Assembly (NCBI GenBank): GCA_021851465.1
Contig: JAJZDL010000001.1
Location: forward strand, 1 to 45,510
Origin: Acidobacteriota bacterium
GTDB lineage: Bacteria > Acidobacteriota > Terriglobia > Terriglobales > Acidobacteriaceae
Direction: 5' to 3'
DNA: 45,510 nt
Shown: piece by piece, positions 43,838-45,510 of the stretch
Layout of the letters: each line of letters opens with the position of its first letter
How positions within the stretch are numbered: position 1 is the stretch's first letter
Translations under genes and position numbers: made by a program
The notes under the pieces: generated by a model
What the model was told of the DNA's origin: nothing
The model's database searches: none
Seen by the model: the letters and a program-made list of their open reading frames with translations, nothing else

Positions 43838-44003
43838 TGTCAGGCGCCCCTTGCGCGCTGTCCCTTATCGCATCCTACCCCACCCCGTGCCGCCATTGCC
43901 GCACGCACGGCAATTTACACCTCACCGTCACACTTTTCGCCAACTACACGCCCCCACCCTCCCCGCCGTCACCCCTTCACCGCCATCATCACCCCCACCC
44001 CTC

Positions 44004-44110
44004 CGTCCTCCCGAGCGACCCTGAGCGTGCGAAGGGGAGTCGAGGGATCCCCGCATTTCGCTTTTGCTCTTGCTTTTGCCCTTGCTTTTGCTTTTGCCTT
44101 TGCCTTTGCC
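44004..44110 (+). repeat. Family A repeat (long form) followed by a TTTGC(T/C) hexamer tract
   Basis: CGTCCTCCCGAGCGACCCTGAGCGTGCGAAGGGGAGTCGAGGGATCCCCGCATTT, then about 8 hexamers. Confidence 0.8.
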
Positions 44111-44131
44111 CACGCTGCCCCCCCCACCGGC

Positions 44132-44196
44132 TGTCATCCTGAGCGGAGCCTCCCGCAGCCTCATCGCGGGAGGCGGAGTCGAAGAACCCCGACACC
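44132..44196 (+). repeat. Family A repeat (long form, internal hairpin GCCTCCCGC..GCGGGAGGC)
   Basis: TGTCATCCTGAGCGGAG...GGAGTCGAAGAACCCC. Confidence 0.8.
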
Positions 44197-44442
44197 GCTC
44201 GTCCCACCGAAACCGCCCGAACCGTTCTCCCCACAAATCCCCCGCCCGTGCCTGTTCCTCCCCCACAAAAATCCCTGTCAACCCCCCACCCCGCCCTCCA
44301 AATCTATCAACAACCACAAACAAAACCACTTCCACCCCAAAAATATCCTCAAAAAGTTGGCATAGTAGTTTCCCTCCGCTTGGTAAAATAGAACTGTAGA
44401 TCGAAATTGAACCGTTGTTCTAAGCGAAGCGATCTTGAAGCT

Positions 44443-44490
44443 TGTCATTCTGACCCTGAGCTTGTCAGGGGAAGAATCCCCGCATCTTTC
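44443..44490 (+). repeat. Family A repeat
   Basis: TGTCATTCTGACCCTGAGCTTGTCAGGGGAAGAATCCCCGCATCTTT. Confidence 0.8.
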
Positions 44491-44590
44491 CGGCAGCCGG
44501 ATGCCCCAAATCACGCAATAACACATTTATAATGTGTAGATTATACGTAGTTCATTGACAACCGACAACCCTCAAGCCCACCCAGGCAAA

Positions 44591-44676
44591 GCGCCAACGG
44601 CGCGCCCTATTCTAGCCTGGGCCGAAGGCCCAGGAGGCCGCAGCGAAGCCGTCCGAGGGCTGAAGGCCCGCCCTAT
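44591..44676. repeat. REP-like triple hairpin
   Basis: GCGCC-AAC-GGCGC-gccctat, CCTGGGCC-GAA-GGCCCAGG, GGGC-TGAAG-GCCC-gccctat. Confidence 0.7.
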
Positions 44677-44730
44677 AACCCTCGGACGCTGAGCATCATC
44701 CCCCAAATGACCATGGTGGCCCGCCACCAT

Positions 44731-44853
44731 AAGCCCTCTATTGCCAATACTTTATCTGCAAGCCCCACCGATTGAATACTTTGCCGCCACCACCACCCCG
44801 CAAGCCACTGAATCCAATCGATTTACTCACAAAGTCTTTATCCTCTATACTTT
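44731..44853 (+). repeat. Array of four AAG(C/T)C-N9-10-(A/T)ATACTTT motifs
   Basis: Starts at 44731, 44760, 44802 (degenerate) and 44832. Confidence 0.65.
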
Positions 44854-45029
44854 GCCTCGGAGACCTTGAAAACACTGGCCTTACCCCGCGAAACGCAGCA
44901 GGGAGGGGGAGATGGGGGGGCTAAATATAGACTATTAAATATATACTTTTGCTCCCCACCGCCCACGCCAAGAAGAACCCGCACGCCAGAGGCATGCGCT
45001 CACTCAAATGCATCCGATTCCGCTGGACC

Positions 45030-45510
45030 TCAACCGCTCTGCCCGTATGTTGCCTGCGGCCCGTGCTTGCGGAAGTAGTGCCGGTCCAGCAGCGACTGGC
45101 TTACGCCCTCCGCGCCCGGCCTCAGAGTCAGCGTCCGGCAGGCCATGCGCGCTACCGCCTCCAGCACCACGGCATTGTGCGCGGCCTCCTGCGCGTCCCT
45201 GCCCCACACAAACGGCGCATGTCCGGCAACCAGGCACGCAGGCACAGCCAATGGGTCGATCGCGGAATGCTCCGCCGTGGCCGCAAACCGCGCCACAATG
45301 GCCAGCCCGGTCTCATGCACATAGCGCCCGCCGATGGCCACGTCCGTCAGCGGCGCGGTACACGGAACCGGCCCATAAAAATAATCCGCGTGCGTCGTGC
45401 CCAGTGCCGGGATCGCCATTCCCGCCTGCGCAAAGCTCGTCGCATACTCCGAGTGCGTATGCACCACCGCGCCGATCGTCGGAAACTCGCGGTACAGCAG
45501 CGTGTGCGTG
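45030..45510 (-). CDS. araD: L-ribulose-5-phosphate 4-epimerase, C-terminal part; runs off the window end
   Basis: HTLLYREF..VVHTHSEYATSFAQAG..LGTTHADYFYG..HNAVVLE..LLDRHYFRKHG..YGQ. Confidence 0.93.
   Translation of the reverse strand, partial: THTLLYREFPTIGAVVHTHSEYATSFAQAGMAIPALGTTHADYFYGPVPCTAPLTDVAIGGRYVHETGLAIVARFAATAEHSAIDPLAVPACLVAGHAPFVWGRDAQEAAHNAVVLEAVARMACRTLTLRPGAEGVSQSLLDRHYFRKHGPQATYGQSG

Noticed and set aside
1238-44365. Many long alternative-frame or antisense ORFs (e.g. 1238-3196, 1344-3407, 6734-8581, 9786-11747, 16534-18690, 35196-37211, 42113-44365)
   Set aside because: They are Arg/Pro/Ala-rich shadows of well-supported genes, produced by high GC3 and strand skew; no motifs.
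44900-44921. G-quadruplex at GGGAGGGGGAGATGGGGGGG
   Set aside because: Only three clear G runs; it would require splitting the last run, and nothing else supports it.
43928-45078. Small ORFs in the 44 kb intergenic region
   Set aside because: They are low-complexity translations of repeats, with no RBS or codon bias.
1-45510. Arabinose genes (GH51, araD) at both window ends as one locus split by an insertion
   Set aside because: The 44 kb between them is core housekeeping DNA with no integrase or matching direct repeats; probably coincidence.

Overview
High-GC chromosomal backbone. Gene content and repeat families point to an Acidobacteriaceae-like genome (inference). Genes in order: GH51 arabinofuranosidase (partial), TonB C-terminal protein, recQ, mutS-anmK-ABC peptide-binding lipoprotein, grpE-dnaJ, rsmE, a membrane-anchored hypothetical, an AI-2E transporter, aroK, addB-addA, two convergent CPBP/CAAX proteases, the first half of the dcw cluster (mraZ-rsmH-ftsL-ftsI-murE-murF), DUF2127, tolQRAB-pal-cpoB, a MutT-like NUDIX, an Nramp/glycosyltransferase/MgtE-N-CBS operon and araD (partial). 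I found no transposase, CRISPR, tRNA or rRNA. The most interesting signals are mostly non-coding. (1) A complete ribosome-mediated attenuator with a Tyr/Phe/Tyr/Trp leader peptide upstream of shikimate kinase. (2) Two families of intergenic palindromic repeats that also sit in-frame inside RecQ, MutS (twice), the ABC-binding protein, RsmE and AddA. (3) A ~12 kb block with reversed G/C strand skew. (4) A 25-bp tandem array upstream of pal. (5) A repeat-dense intergenic region at 43.8-45.0 kb with a Xer/lox-like site and a 29-30 bp spaced site array. (6) Many apparently leaderless genes. All comparisons were made by eye; no searches were run.
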